From: Candidatus Omnitrophota bacterium
GTDB taxonomy: Bacteria > Ratteibacteria > UBA8468 > MWAK01
Direction of reading: 5' to 3'
Assembly: GCA_043826355.1 (NCBI GenBank)
Contig: JBDRQI010000012.1
Span: 1-64,000 of the forward strand
Length of the DNA stretch: 64,000 bases
Part shown: positions 19,232 to 28,439 of the stretch, in pieces
How the letters are laid out: each line of letters opens with the position of its first letter
Numbering within the stretch: the first letter of the stretch is position 1
Made by a program: the position numbers and the translations under genes
Notes under the pieces: generated by a model
The model's input: only the letters and a program-made list of their open reading frames with translations
Databases searched by the model: none
Told to the model about the DNA's origin: nothing

Positions 19232-20050
19232 TTACAATAATGGGGTTAAAAACTCCTTCGCTTTTAAAATATCCTCTACCTGCTGCGGGCCGGAAATTTC
19301 TCTTTCAATCGTCAGGGCGCCCCGGTAGCCGTAACTCTTCAGTTTGGGTATCAGTTTCGGAAAATCGACGCGGCCTTCGCCCAAAGGTTTTTCCTGTCCC
19401 AGCCGCAGTCCGTCAACCGGATATTCGCCGTCTTTGGCGTGGACCCCCCGGACGAATTTTCCGAATACGTCTAACGCATCCACCGGGTTGGCTTTGCCGT
19501 AAAGCAGGAGGTTAGCCGGGTCAAGGTTGATGCCCAGGTTGGGCAGGTTGATATCACCGATGGTCCTCAGGAGGGTGACCGGCGTCTCCTGGCCGGTTTC
19601 AAAACAAAAGAATTGTTTGTTCCGCTGGCAGTGAGCCGCTATTTCCCGGAGCGCAGTCACCAGGCCAGGGTAGAGGGAGTCGTTAGGATTTTCCGGAATA
19701 AATCCGGCGTGGGTGCATACATCCGGAACTCCAATCTCCCCGGCAAAGTCAGAACCCTTCTTGAGGGTTTCTATACGGACGTACCGGTATTCCGGCGGTA
19801 TCAGGCCCAGAGTTGCCGGGCCTTCAGTAAAGTTCCAGGTTGCTGGTCCCGGCCAGCCTACCCAGAGCAGGGTTATTTTAATGCCTAACTTCCGGGTTGC
19901 CTCTTTTACCATCGCGGCGTTTTCCGGGGTGAAAAGGTTTTGGTTCCAACAGACCAACTGGCAGGTTTCAAAACCCATTTCACTTGTTTTCTTAAGACTT
20001 TTACCGCCTTCTTCCAGGGAGGCGATTACCCCCAATTTCAGTTTTTCCAT
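19232..20050 (-). CDS. Sugar phosphate isomerase/epimerase (AP-endonuclease-2 TIM barrel)
   Basis: THAGFIP, FETGQE, NLDPAN, HAKD, LTIERE. Confidence 0.88.
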   Translation of the reverse strand: MEKLKLGVIASLEEGGKSLKKTSEMGFETCQLVCWNQNLFTPENAAMVKEATRKLGIKITLLWVGWPGPATWNFTEGPATLGLIPPEYRYVRIETLKKGSDFAGEIGVPDVCTHAGFIPENPNDSLYPGLVTALREIAAHCQRNKQFFCFETGQETPVTLLRTIGDINLPNLGINLDPANLLLYGKANPVDALDVFGKFVRGVHAKDGEYPVDGLRLGQEKPLGEGRVDFPKLIPKLKSYGYRGALTIEREISGPQQVEDILKAKEFLTPLL

Positions 20051-20058
20051 TTTCCGCT

Positions 20059-20090
20059 TGTAATTGCGAACGCATTTTGCGCGGCAATTC
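20059..20090. repeat. Single degenerate TGTC-type palindrome
   Basis: tgtaattgcgaacgcattttgcgcggcaattc: aattgc/gcaatt outer stem, cgca/tgcg inner stem. Confidence 0.55.
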
Positions 20091-20093
20091 CGT

Positions 20094-21389
20094 TTAGAAT
20101 TGAGCTGTCAAATTTTTCAGCGTTTCCCGTTTCCGGATAATGCAGCTCTTCTTTCCGGAAATCAGAACCTCAGCCGGCCTCAGCCGGCCGTTGTAATTAG
20201 ATGACATCGCAAAACCGTAGGCGCCGGTTTCGCCTATTAGGAGAAGGTCACCTTCTTTAAGTGTATTCGGCAACAAACGTTCTTTTCCCAGAAAGTCGCC
20301 CGATTCGCAGACCGGACCGACCACGTCAAAGAAAACCAACTCCTCTGTTACTTCTTTTGTGGGCCAGATATGGTGAAACGCCTCGTAAAGCGCCGGACGG
20401 ATAAGGTCGTTCATTCCGGCGTCAACGACCAGGAATCTCTTGTGGGGGCGGTCCTTGCGGTAGATAACCCGGGTCAGCAGGAAACCGGCCGGCGCAATGA
20501 AGTGACGGCCCGGCTCAAATATTACTCTAATACCCTCCCCCCTGGCGGGGACGGGTGCCCTTTCCAAAGCGCTGGAAAGGGGGTGTACGCGGTGGGGGGA
20601 CAGATTAAACTTTTTTATCGCTCCGCAAATTGCTTTTCCGAAGATTTCAATTTCAGCCATCTCTGTGTCGTATGTAATGGGAAACCCGCCGCCCAGGTCC
20701 AGGAATTGGAAGGGATAGATTTGGTGGAGCCGCTGTGCCTCCTTGATCGCTTTCAGATATGGTTCCGGGGAATCTATCTGGGAACCGAGGTGGAGATGCA
20801 GTCCGTTGATTTTTAGATTCGGAAAGTCAACCGGTTTTTTTAAAACCGAAACAACCTCTGTTTCGGTCAATCCGAACTTATTCTCCTTCTTGCCGGTAGA
20901 GATGTAGCGATGTCCGCCGGCCGCAATATCCGGGTTGAGGCGGAGAAGCGCGGTAATCACCCTCTTCTGTTTTGAAGACAGTCGATTCAGGGTGGCGAGT
21001 TCCGGCAGGGACTCTACGCTGAAAAAAGAGATGCCTTTTTTCAAGCCGAACTCAATTTCATCTTCCCTTTTACCAACTCCTTCCATGATGATATTTTGCG
21101 GGGCAAACCCGGCGGTCAGGGCGATGGTAAGTTCTCCGGGTGAAATTACGTCGGTGCCGCAGCCGGCTGATTTCAGAATTTTGAGCAGGTGGAGGTTGGA
21201 GTTCGCCTTACAACTATACCTGATTATCGGCGCAATTCCGGAGAAGGCCTTTTGAAATCGACTGACGCTTTCCCGAATCGCCTTTTCGCTGTAAATGTAA
21301 AGGGGCGTGCCGTACTTTTCCGCCAGCGCGGAAATACGGCATCCCTCAATAAACCCCTTCCCCTTCTGGTAATTAAAGTATTTATTCAT
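20094..21389 (-). CDS. lysA: Diaminopimelate decarboxylase carrying an in-frame repeat-derived insertion
   Basis: YGTPLYIY, YSCKAN (PLP Lys), NKFG, HLHLGSQ, DLGGGF, EPGR, DAGMNDLIRPALY, GPVCESGD, GAYG..MSSNYN.R. Confidence 0.96.
   Translation of the reverse strand: MNKYFNYQKGKGFIEGCRISALAEKYGTPLYIYSEKAIRESVSRFQKAFSGIAPIIRYSCKANSNLHLLKILKSAGCGTDVISPGELTIALTAGFAPQNIIMEGVGKREDEIEFGLKKGISFFSVESLPELATLNRLSSKQKRVITALLRLNPDIAAGGHRYISTGKKENKFGLTETEVVSVLKKPVDFPNLKINGLHLHLGSQIDSPEPYLKAIKEAQRLHQIYPFQFLDLGGGFPITYDTEMAEIEIFGKAICGAIKKFNLSPHRVHPLSSALERAPVPARGEGIRVIFEPGRHFIAPAGFLLTRVIYRKDRPHKRFLVVDAGMNDLIRPALYEAFHHIWPTKEVTEELVFFDVVGPVCESGDFLGKERLLPNTLKEGDLLLIGETGAYGFAMSSNYNGRLRPAEVLISGKKSCIIRKRETLKNLTAQF
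20533..20602. repeat. Family C element with nested hairpin, in frame inside lysA (opposite orientation to the speB copy)
   Basis: ccctcccccctggcggggacgggtgccctttccaaagcgctggaaagggggtgtacgcggtggggggaca; encodes about SPHRVHPLSSALERAPVPARGEG. Confidence 0.92.
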
Positions 21390-21398
21390 AATTTTTAT

Positions 21399-21448
21399 GT
21401 AGGGGTCGGATAAATCCGACCCGCGGATCGGATGAATCTGACCCCTAC
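21399..21448. repeat. GTAG-tagged REP doublet (family A); supplies the argH TAG stop
   Basis: GTAGgggtcggataaatccgaccc-gc-ggatcggatgaatctgacccCTAC; close relative of 46887-46935. Confidence 0.92.
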
Positions 21449-22824
21449 TTAAGCACTTTAGTCCACTTTTGAAGTTGTTCGGTGACCATATCCGGATTGG
21501 TAGAGCCGGCGGTCTTCCGGTTCCGGACGGAATTTTTGGCCGAGAGAATTTCTTTGACCTTTTGGTCGAAAAGTTTGGAGAACTGTTTCAACTGCACTAG
21601 AGAGAGATTGGACAAGTTGCTTTTTTTTGCGTCCGCATATTTTATCACTTCGCCGACAATCTGATGCGCTTCCCGGAACGGCACGCCCTTTTTGACCAGG
21701 AATTCAGCCAGGTCGAATGCGCCAAGATATCCGGTCTCCACGGATTTTTCCACGGCGCCGACGTTTACTCTTGTCTTGAGAATCATGGAAGCAAGGATTT
21801 TCAGAGAATTGTGCACAATATCTGCCGCGGCGAAGAAGGGTGCTTTATCTTCCTGGAGATCCCGGTTGTAAGAGAGCGGCAGGCCCTTAAGCGTGGTTAA
21901 AAGACTTATTAATCCGCCGAAGACGATACCGGTCTTGCCCCGGATTAATTCCGGGATGTCCGGGTTCTTCTTCTGGGGAAGTGCGCTGCTTCCGGTGCAA
22001 TATTCCGCCGAAATATCGAGGTAATTAAATTCCGCGGTGCTCCAGAGGACCATCTCTTCGCAAATCCGGGAAAGGTGTATGGAAACAAGTGCAAGGTCAG
22101 ATAGGACCTCAACCAGAAAATCCCGATCGCTGACCGCATCCAGACTGTTGGCAAAAATTTTCGGGAACCCTAAAAGTTTTGCCGTATATTCCGGTTTCAG
22201 CGGTAGCGAAGAACCACCGCCGGCGCCGGCTCCCAGCGGCGAAATATTAACCCGGACAAATGCGTCGGAAAGCCGGTCCCGGTCCCGCTGAAACATCTCC
22301 AGGTAGGCCAGTACCCAGTGGCTGAAGAGAATGGGCTGGGAATGCTGCAGGTGGGTAAATGCCGGCATAATCAGGTTTGGATATTTATTCGCCCATACAA
22401 GAAACGCTTTCTGTAATTCTTTTATCTTCCCGTCAAGCCGGTTGATTAAATCCCGGACGTAAAGACGCTCGTCCAGGACAATCTGGTCGTTGCGGCTGCG
22501 GCCGGTGTGCAGTTTTCCGGCCAAATCACCTATCTTTTCGTAGAGCCGGCGTTCCACCGCGGTGTGGATATCCTCTTCGGATAATTTAAAAACAAAGGTC
22601 CCGTTTTTCAGTTCCGCTTTGATTTCAGAGAGCCCAGACACTATTTTTTTAATTTCTGTTCCGTTGAGCAGGCCGACTTGCTCCAGCATTTTGGCGTGGG
22701 CGATACTGCCCTCTACGTCGTATTTTGCCAGGCGCCTGTCAGCATCCAGAGAATTGGAAAACGCCTCGGCTGCCTTCGCCGGTTTTTGGTCGAACCTGCC
22801 TCCCCACAACCGTTTGGTTTTCAT
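21445..22824 (-). CDS. argH: Argininosuccinate lyase
   Basis: LWGGRF, EDIH, LHTGRSRNDQ, FTHLQ..QP, TGSS.LPQKKNPD, YNRDLQEDK. Confidence 0.97.
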   Translation of the reverse strand: MKTKRLWGGRFDQKPAKAAEAFSNSLDADRRLAKYDVEGSIAHAKMLEQVGLLNGTEIKKIVSGLSEIKAELKNGTFVFKLSEEDIHTAVERRLYEKIGDLAGKLHTGRSRNDQIVLDERLYVRDLINRLDGKIKELQKAFLVWANKYPNLIMPAFTHLQHSQPILFSHWVLAYLEMFQRDRDRLSDAFVRVNISPLGAGAGGGSSLPLKPEYTAKLLGFPKIFANSLDAVSDRDFLVEVLSDLALVSIHLSRICEEMVLWSTAEFNYLDISAEYCTGSSALPQKKNPDIPELIRGKTGIVFGGLISLLTTLKGLPLSYNRDLQEDKAPFFAAADIVHNSLKILASMILKTRVNVGAVEKSVETGYLGAFDLAEFLVKKGVPFREAHQIVGEVIKYADAKKSNLSNLSLVQLKQFSKLFDQKVKEILSAKNSVRNRKTAGSTNPDMVTEQLQKWTKVLK

Positions 22825-22841
22825 AATTTCACACAAATATT

Positions 22842-22927
22842 GTAGGGGCGCGATTCATCGCGCCCGCCCCATAGAAGGCAACATCCGTCTATACGGTGCC
22901 CGCGGGTCGCATGAATGCGACCCCTAC
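22842..22927. repeat. GTAG-tagged REP doublet with a spacer of about 35 nt (family A)
   Basis: GTAGgggcgcgattcatcgcgccc...gggtcgcatgaatgcgacccCTAC. Confidence 0.92.
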
Positions 22928-22943
22928 GTTAATAAATAATTCG

Positions 22944-23966
22944 TTATTCCCGTATTTCGCAAAAGGGTTTGGCGGAGGTTTTTTTTATTCCGCCGACCCG
23001 GTAATAATTTTCCTTCTTTTTCGCAAGGAACCGGCCGATTTTTTCCGCTTCCGTTGCTCCGGCGATGATAACCATGCCGATGCCCAGGTTGAAGGTGCGC
23101 GCCATTTCGTCTTCGGAGAGTTTGCCTTTCTGCTGAATCAGGGAGAAAATCTCCGGTATTTTCCAGGCAGAGCGGTTGAGCACGGCTTTTGTCCCTTCGG
23201 GCAGGACCCGCGGGATGTTTTCCAGGAGTCCGCCGCCGGTAATGTGCGCCAGGCCCTTGACTTCAAATTTCCGGATAATCTCCAGAATTAACTTGACGTA
23301 GATGCGGGTGGGTTTTAACAGGGTCAACCCCAAATTTTTATTTTTCCGCATCGCAGTTTCCGGGAATAATTTCCTGACCAGGGAGAACCCGTTGCTGTGC
23401 AGTCCGCTGCTGGCCAGGCCCAGCATGGCATCACCGGCTCCGATTTTGGAACCGTCAATCATCCGGGTCTTTTCCACCACGCCTACCGCAAACCCGGCCA
23501 GGTCAAAACCATCTTTACCGTAAACGTCGGCCATCTGGGCTGTTTCTCCGCCCAGGAGAGCGCAGCCGGCCTGCCGGCATCCCTCGGCAATTCCTTTCAT
23601 GATTTCCAGGTCCCGGCGTTTTTTTATCCGGCCGACGGCAAGGTAGTCAAGGAAGAGGATGGGCTGGCTGCCGCAGGTTAAAATATCATTGACCGACATT
23701 GCCACCAGGTCAATGCCAATGGTATCATATTTAGACAGGGCTTCAGCCAGCAGTATCTTGGTGCCGACTCCGTCGGTGCCGGAAACTAAAACCGGTTCCC
23801 GATATTTGAAAATAGGCAGGGCGAACGAGCCGAAAAAGAGGCCAATTTCGCCCAGCACTCCGGGTATCCGGGTTGTTTTTGCCAATTGTTTTATGCCGGA
23901 GACCAGATTTTTGGCCGCGTTTATATCAACGCCCGATTCTTTGTATTTTATCACGCTAATTTGCAT
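22944..23966 (-). CDS. purM: Phosphoribosylformylglycinamidine cyclo-ligase
   Basis: YKESGVDI, TDGVGTK, DLVAMSVND, FLDY, GGETA, SSGLHSNGFSL, HITGGG, TFNLGIG. Confidence 0.97.
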   Translation of the reverse strand: MQISVIKYKESGVDINAAKNLVSGIKQLAKTTRIPGVLGEIGLFFGSFALPIFKYREPVLVSGTDGVGTKILLAEALSKYDTIGIDLVAMSVNDILTCGSQPILFLDYLAVGRIKKRRDLEIMKGIAEGCRQAGCALLGGETAQMADVYGKDGFDLAGFAVGVVEKTRMIDGSKIGAGDAMLGLASSGLHSNGFSLVRKLFPETAMRKNKNLGLTLLKPTRIYVKLILEIIRKFEVKGLAHITGGGLLENIPRVLPEGTKAVLNRSAWKIPEIFSLIQQKGKLSEDEMARTFNLGIGMVIIAGATEAEKIGRFLAKKKENYYRVGGIKKTSAKPFCEIRE

Positions 23967-23974
23967 CCAAAATT

Positions 23975-24003
23975 AGAATATACCGGCTATTATTTTAAGC
24001 CAA
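23975..24003 (-). promoter_or_regulatory. Putative promoter 8 nt before the purM ATG (leaderless-type)
   Basis: TTGGCT-17 nt-TATTCT-8 nt-ATG. Confidence 0.45.
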
Positions 24004-24757
24004 ACTTATGAAGGTTATTTAAGCTGATTTTGATGCTCTCCAGCGGGTTACGCTGGCAGATATCCTGTTCCACCACGTACAGTTTCACGCCGGCTTTTTT
24101 ACAGGCAGACAGGATAGATTTCCAGTCCAGATTACCTTCGCCGACTTCCGCATATACCTGCGTGTTGTCTTTTGTTGCGACCATATCTTTCAAATGGACC
24201 AGCGGCAGACGGCCGGAATACTTGAAACACCAGGCCGCCGGGTCTCCGCCTCCGAAGGCGACCCAATAGGTATCCAATTCCGCTTTCAGGTACCTGGGGT
24301 CACTCTCCGAATAAATAATTTCCAGACCGGTATTCTTGCCAAACTTTTCAAATTCAAAAGCATGGTTGTGGTAACAGAGGGTAATTTTGTGTTTGGCCAG
24401 GATTTTCCCGATTTTTGACAACTCCCTGGCCAGCTTCCGGTATTCGGCCGGATTACGGTATTTCTCCGGCACCCACGGACAGACGGCGTATTCGGCGCCC
24501 AGAATCTTATGTTCTTCGATTACCAGGTCGGTCTCTTGTATCAGTCTTTCCAGAGACGTGTGCGTGGAATTTCCGATGAGGCCCTCTCCGTCCAGAATCC
24601 GCTTAAGTTCTTTCGTCTCAATCTTGCCCAGACCGGATAATTGGACTATCTGATACCCAATTTTACTAACTTTTGCCAGAGTTTTGGCGATATCCTTCGA
24701 CGTCTGCAGATAATCCCTGAGAGTATACAACGTTACCGCAATCTGCGTCTCTTTCAT
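23990..24757 (-). CDS. Sugar phosphate isomerase/epimerase (IolE-like TIM barrel)
   Basis: LYTLRD, YHNH.FEF, ELDTYW...GG.DP, VHLKD, EVGEG.LDW, VEQD. Confidence 0.88.
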   Translation of the reverse strand: MKETQIAVTLYTLRDYLQTSKDIAKTLAKVSKIGYQIVQLSGLGKIETKELKRILDGEGLIGNSTHTSLERLIQETDLVIEEHKILGAEYAVCPWVPEKYRNPAEYRKLARELSKIGKILAKHKITLCYHNHAFEFEKFGKNTGLEIIYSESDPRYLKAELDTYWVAFGGGDPAAWCFKYSGRLPLVHLKDMVATKDNTQVYAEVGEGNLDWKSILSACKKAGVKLYVVEQDICQRNPLESIKISLNNLHKFGLK

Positions 24758-25386
24758 TTTTTTCCCCTGACTTTTTGGATGAACAGCGCCATTTTTTCCC
24801 GGCTCTTCACGCCGGCTTTTTCCTCGACGCCGCCGGCGACGTCAACCGCAAAGGGTATAACCTGGCGGCATGCAGCGGCCACATTTTCAACTGTAAGGCC
24901 GCCGGCCAGAAATATCGGTTTGCCCAAATCTGTTGCTTTGATTGCCAGGTCCCAGGGAAACGCCTGGCCGGTTCCGCCGTATAAATCTTTCGCCCTGGCG
25001 TCCAGTAGAAAATAGTCCGCTGAATCCCGGTATTTTTCCAGCGGTTTTAAATCCGCTTCGGTTGCCAGCCGGAACGCCTTGATAACCGGACGGCCGGTTA
25101 TCACCCTGACCTGGGAGCAAAAACGCGGTGTTTCGTTTCCGTGTAATTGGATTACGTCGGCGCCGGATTTCTCCGCCGCTCTGGCGATGTCCTCCAGTTT
25201 GCTGTTTACGAAGACCAGTACTTTCTGGGCCGTCTTGACCTTTCCGGTCAGTTTCTTTAAGTCATTCAACGACACAAAACGGGGGCTTTTCGGATAGAGG
25301 TTGAAGCCGATAAAGTCCGCCTTAAACTCTTCGGCCCACTGCACCTCTTCCGGGCGTTTCAGCCCGCAAAACTTTATTTTAACCAA
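24754..25386 (-). CDS. trpF: Phosphoribosylanthranilate isomerase
   Basis: KIKFCGL, KSPRFV, QLHGNE, LLDA...YGGTG..FPW, LAGGL..EN, DVAGGVE...G.K. Confidence 0.95.
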   Translation of the reverse strand: MVKIKFCGLKRPEEVQWAEEFKADFIGFNLYPKSPRFVSLNDLKKLTGKVKTAQKVLVFVNSKLEDIARAAEKSGADVIQLHGNETPRFCSQVRVITGRPVIKAFRLATEADLKPLEKYRDSADYFLLDARAKDLYGGTGQAFPWDLAIKATDLGKPIFLAGGLTVENVAAACRQVIPFAVDVAGGVEEKAGVKSREKMALFIQKVRGKK

Positions 25387-25402
25387 TGTTAATACGACCC
25401 TG

Positions 25403-25477
25403 TGTCATTCTGAGTGTAGCGAAGAATCCCGTTCTCAATAAATGCGAGATCCTTCGCAACCGCGGCTCAGGATGACA
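25403..25477. repeat. TGTC-tagged palindromic doublet (family B); contains the trpA TGA stop
   Basis: tgtcattctgag....cgaagaatc-ccgtt...gagatccttcg...ctcaggatgaca. Confidence 0.9.
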
Positions 25478-26255
25478 CTTTTGCAAGAGAAACGGTAAAT
25501 TTTTTGGCCGCGCTCAGGTAATTCTTACCTGCTTTTTCGATACAATCCAGGAGCGCGCTGCCTATGATTACGCCGTCCACAAAAGGCAGGACTTCTTTTG
25601 CCTGCGAAGCGTTGCTGACACCAAAACCAAGGCAGACCGGTTTCCCGGTGTAGCGTCGAATCTGTGCAATCTTATTCCGGACATCTTCCGGCAGCGACCT
25701 TCTGGCGCCGGTCACCCCGGTTACGGAGACATAGTAGATAAAAGGATAACTTGTTTTGCTGACCAGCTTTATTCTTTCCGGTGTGCTGGTCGGCGCCAGG
25801 AGAAAGATCAGTCCGATTTCAGTTTTCTGGATTAAGCGGAGCAATTCTTGCGCTTCATCCGGCGGCAGGTCCGGGCAAATGAGGCCGTCCACACCCGCCT
25901 TTTTACACCCGGCGATAAAATTGGTAAGTCCGCAGGACAGAATTGGATTATAGTATCCCATCAAAATAATCGGCACCCGGCTCTTTTGCCTGATTCGGGC
26001 CACGGTTCGGAAAATCCTGGTCAGGTTGGTTCCGGAGGCGAGCGCGGCTGCGCTGGTCCGTTGGATGGTAATGCCGTCGGCAATTGGGTCGGAGAACGGC
26101 ACGCCCAATTCAATGATGTCCGCGCCGGCTTTTTCCAGTTCCGGCACCAGTTTTTCGGTGGCGGCCAGGTTTGGATAACCGGCGGTCAGGTAGAGAATAA
26201 GCGCCTTCTTATTCTCTTTTTTAAGTTGTTTAAGTTTTTCTGCTATCCGGTTCAT
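25467..26255 (-). CDS. trpA: Tryptophan synthase alpha subunit
   Basis: IELGVPFSDPIADG..IQ, MGYYNP, PDLP, LLAPTS, YYVSVTGVTG, GFGV, DGVIIGSA. Confidence 0.97.
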   Translation of the reverse strand: MNRIAEKLKQLKKENKKALILYLTAGYPNLAATEKLVPELEKAGADIIELGVPFSDPIADGITIQRTSAAALASGTNLTRIFRTVARIRQKSRVPIILMGYYNPILSCGLTNFIAGCKKAGVDGLICPDLPPDEAQELLRLIQKTEIGLIFLLAPTSTPERIKLVSKTSYPFIYYVSVTGVTGARRSLPEDVRNKIAQIRRYTGKPVCLGFGVSNASQAKEVLPFVDGVIIGSALLDCIEKAGKNYLSAAKKFTVSLAKVSS

Positions 26256-26266
26256 CTTAAATATTT

Positions 26267-26316
26267 CCCCTCACTTTAATCCTCTACTTTAATCCTCTCC
26301 CCGCTGGGGTGAAGGG
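26267..26316. repeat. Family C element with an internal 13-nt tandem duplication; encodes the trpB C-terminus and stop
   Basis: cccctc-actttaatcctct-actttaatcctct-ccccgctggggtgaaggg. Confidence 0.8.
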
Positions 26317-27477
26317 TGTTCTGTCAACTCTCAGCACCTCTTGCAAATCTTTGTCGCCTCTTCCGGAAAGGCACATTATCACCAATTGCCCGGCAAATTT
26401 CTTTTTATTCTTTAGCAGGTAAGCTAGGCTGTGAGAAGATTCCAGGGCCGGGATGATTCCTTCAACTTCGGAAAGAAGGTGGAAGGCGGACAGCGCTTCC
26501 TTATCGGTAACCGAAACGTATTTTGCCCGGCGGTTTTCCTTATAAAAACTGTGTTCCGGTCCGACGCCCGGGTAGTCCAGGCCGGGTGCTACGGAATGGG
26601 CTATTTTAATCTGCCCGTTTTTATCCTGGAGCAGGTAACTGTAAGTTCCGTGCAGGACGCCGGGGCGTCCGACGCCAAGGGTGACTGCGTGTTTTCCGCT
26701 GGCGATGCCCATTCCGGCCGCTTCCACGCCGATAAACTTGACCGGGTCCCGGAGAAAAGGATAAAAGAGGCCGATACTATTACTGCCGCCGCCTACGCAG
26801 GCAACCAGGGTCTCCGGCAGCCGGCCTTCAACCCGTAAGATTTGTTTGCGGGTTTCCCGGCCGATGACCGATTGGAGATTGCGGACGATGGTCGGAAAAG
26901 GATGGGGGCCTGCTACGGTTCCGAAAAGATAATAGGTGTTGCGGACATTGGTTACCCAGTCGCGCAGCGCTTCGTTGATGGCGTCCTTCAGGGTCTGGCT
27001 TCCGCTCTGGACCGGGATTACCTCGGCGCCGCAGAGCCGCATCCGGTAGACGTTTGATTTCTGGCGTTCAATGTCGACCTTGCCCATGAAGATGGCGCAC
27101 TTCAGGTCCAGGAGCGCGCAGGCGACGGCGGTGGCTACGCCGTGCTGACCGGCGCCGGTCTCCGCGATAACCCGGGTTTTGCCCATCATCTTGGCCAGCA
27201 AGGCCTGACCCAGGGTATTGTTAATTTTGTGGGCACCGGAGTGGAGTAGGTCTTCCCTTTTCAGGTAGAGTTTAAAGTTCAGGCGCCGGGAAATGTTTTG
27301 CGCGTGGTAAAGCGGGGTGGGACGGCCGGCATAATTGGCAAGCAGGTTATTAAATCGGGTTTTAAATTCCCGGCTTTGGCCGATGGTACGGTAGGCCGTT
27401 TCCACTTCGGAAAGGGCCGGGACCAGGGTTTCCGGGACAAAGCGTCCGCCGAATTTGCCGAAATATCCTTTACGCAT
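26284..27477 (-). CDS. trpB: Tryptophan synthase beta subunit
   Basis: [59 protein letters not shown]. Confidence 0.97.
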   Translation of the reverse strand: MRKGYFGKFGGRFVPETLVPALSEVETAYRTIGQSREFKTRFNNLLANYAGRPTPLYHAQNISRRLNFKLYLKREDLLHSGAHKINNTLGQALLAKMMGKTRVIAETGAGQHGVATAVACALLDLKCAIFMGKVDIERQKSNVYRMRLCGAEVIPVQSGSQTLKDAINEALRDWVTNVRNTYYLFGTVAGPHPFPTIVRNLQSVIGRETRKQILRVEGRLPETLVACVGGGSNSIGLFYPFLRDPVKFIGVEAAGMGIASGKHAVTLGVGRPGVLHGTYSYLLQDKNGQIKIAHSVAPGLDYPGVGPEHSFYKENRRAKYVSVTDKEALSAFHLLSEVEGIIPALESSHSLAYLLKNKKKFAGQLVIMCLSGRGDKDLQEVLRVDRTPFTPAGRGLK

Positions 27478-27484
27478 TCTGTAA

Positions 27485-27514
27485 AGAATACCATTTTCAA
27501 CCCTTTTTATTCAA
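27485..27514 (-). promoter_or_regulatory. Putative extended -10 promoter 7 nt before the trpB ATG (leaderless)
   Basis: TTGAAT-18 nt-(TGg)TATTCT-7 nt-ATG; no SD. Confidence 0.6.
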
Positions 27515-27543
27515 GTGTTTTTGTTTTTGACGGCAACTAAAAT

Positions 27544-28434
27544 TCACCCAATTTCAGTTAGTTTTTTGCAGGTTAAAAAATCTGCGTTGTACGTTTTCTT
27601 GAGTCCGGCAATAAAACGTTCCAGTTCTTTAAGCGCTTTCTGCCCGCAACTCTTGACAATAAACGGGTCCGGTACCACCGTCCCTTCCCCGAAGCGGAAC
27701 TTATTGGGCAGGGAGATAAATTCCCAGGGGTGGAAATAGAAACAGACCACCGGAGTTTTGGTCTTGTCTCTTGCGTTAAGATGCTTGACAAAATTATCCA
27801 CCATCTTGATTAAGACCGCAGCGCCTTTTGTCCGGAAGACCGGCCATTGGTCCAGGTCACGACCGTAGGGGTCCTTACTCTTTTTGGTGATATCCGCGAA
27901 GCAAGGTATTTCTAAAACTTTACTATTGCCTTCTTCCAGCCAGTTGCTACGGCTCGGGTGGTAGGGAAAGAGTTGTTTTCGGTAATAAAAAAGAGGATAT
28001 GATGCGTCGGCAAGATAGCCCAGCTCTTCCAGGACGTTGACCATTACCGTGCTGCCCCAGAGCCGTGGTGCCCGGAAAGAGACCATCTTTACGCCGGCTG
28101 CTTTTGTAACAACTTCGGTTGCTTTCTTTAACCGGAACGGAACCTCTTCCGGCAGGAGGGGTTTTACCCCGGGGATGGGAAAGATTTCTTCGCCAATAGT
28201 TTCGTGGTAAAGGGAGTGGCAGCCGACTTCATGGCCGGTCCTGATAACTTCTCTGGCCTTCTTCGGGAATTTCTCCGCGGATTCACCGGTAAAGAAGAAA
28301 GTTGCCTCAACTTGCTGACGCTTGAAAAGTTCCAGCAGGCGGGGAATGCCTTTTTCCACCCCCTGATAGTAAGGTGTCCAGCTTCCGACGTCGGTCTCCA
28401 CGTCAATGCCGATAACTACCTTTATTTCTGTCAT
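27544..28434 (-). CDS. Polysaccharide deacetylase (CE4/NodB-like)
   Basis: GIDVETD, ATFFFTG, GHEVGCHSLYH, SFRAP, YFHPWEF. Confidence 0.88.
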   Translation of the reverse strand: MTEIKVVIGIDVETDVGSWTPYYQGVEKGIPRLLELFKRQQVEATFFFTGESAEKFPKKAREVIRTGHEVGCHSLYHETIGEEIFPIPGVKPLLPEEVPFRLKKATEVVTKAAGVKMVSFRAPRLWGSTVMVNVLEELGYLADASYPLFYYRKQLFPYHPSRSNWLEEGNSKVLEIPCFADITKKSKDPYGRDLDQWPVFRTKGAAVLIKMVDNFVKHLNARDKTKTPVVCFYFHPWEFISLPNKFRFGEGTVVPDPFIVKSCGQKALKELERFIAGLKKTYNADFLTCKKLTEIG

Positions 28435-28439
28435 TGTTT

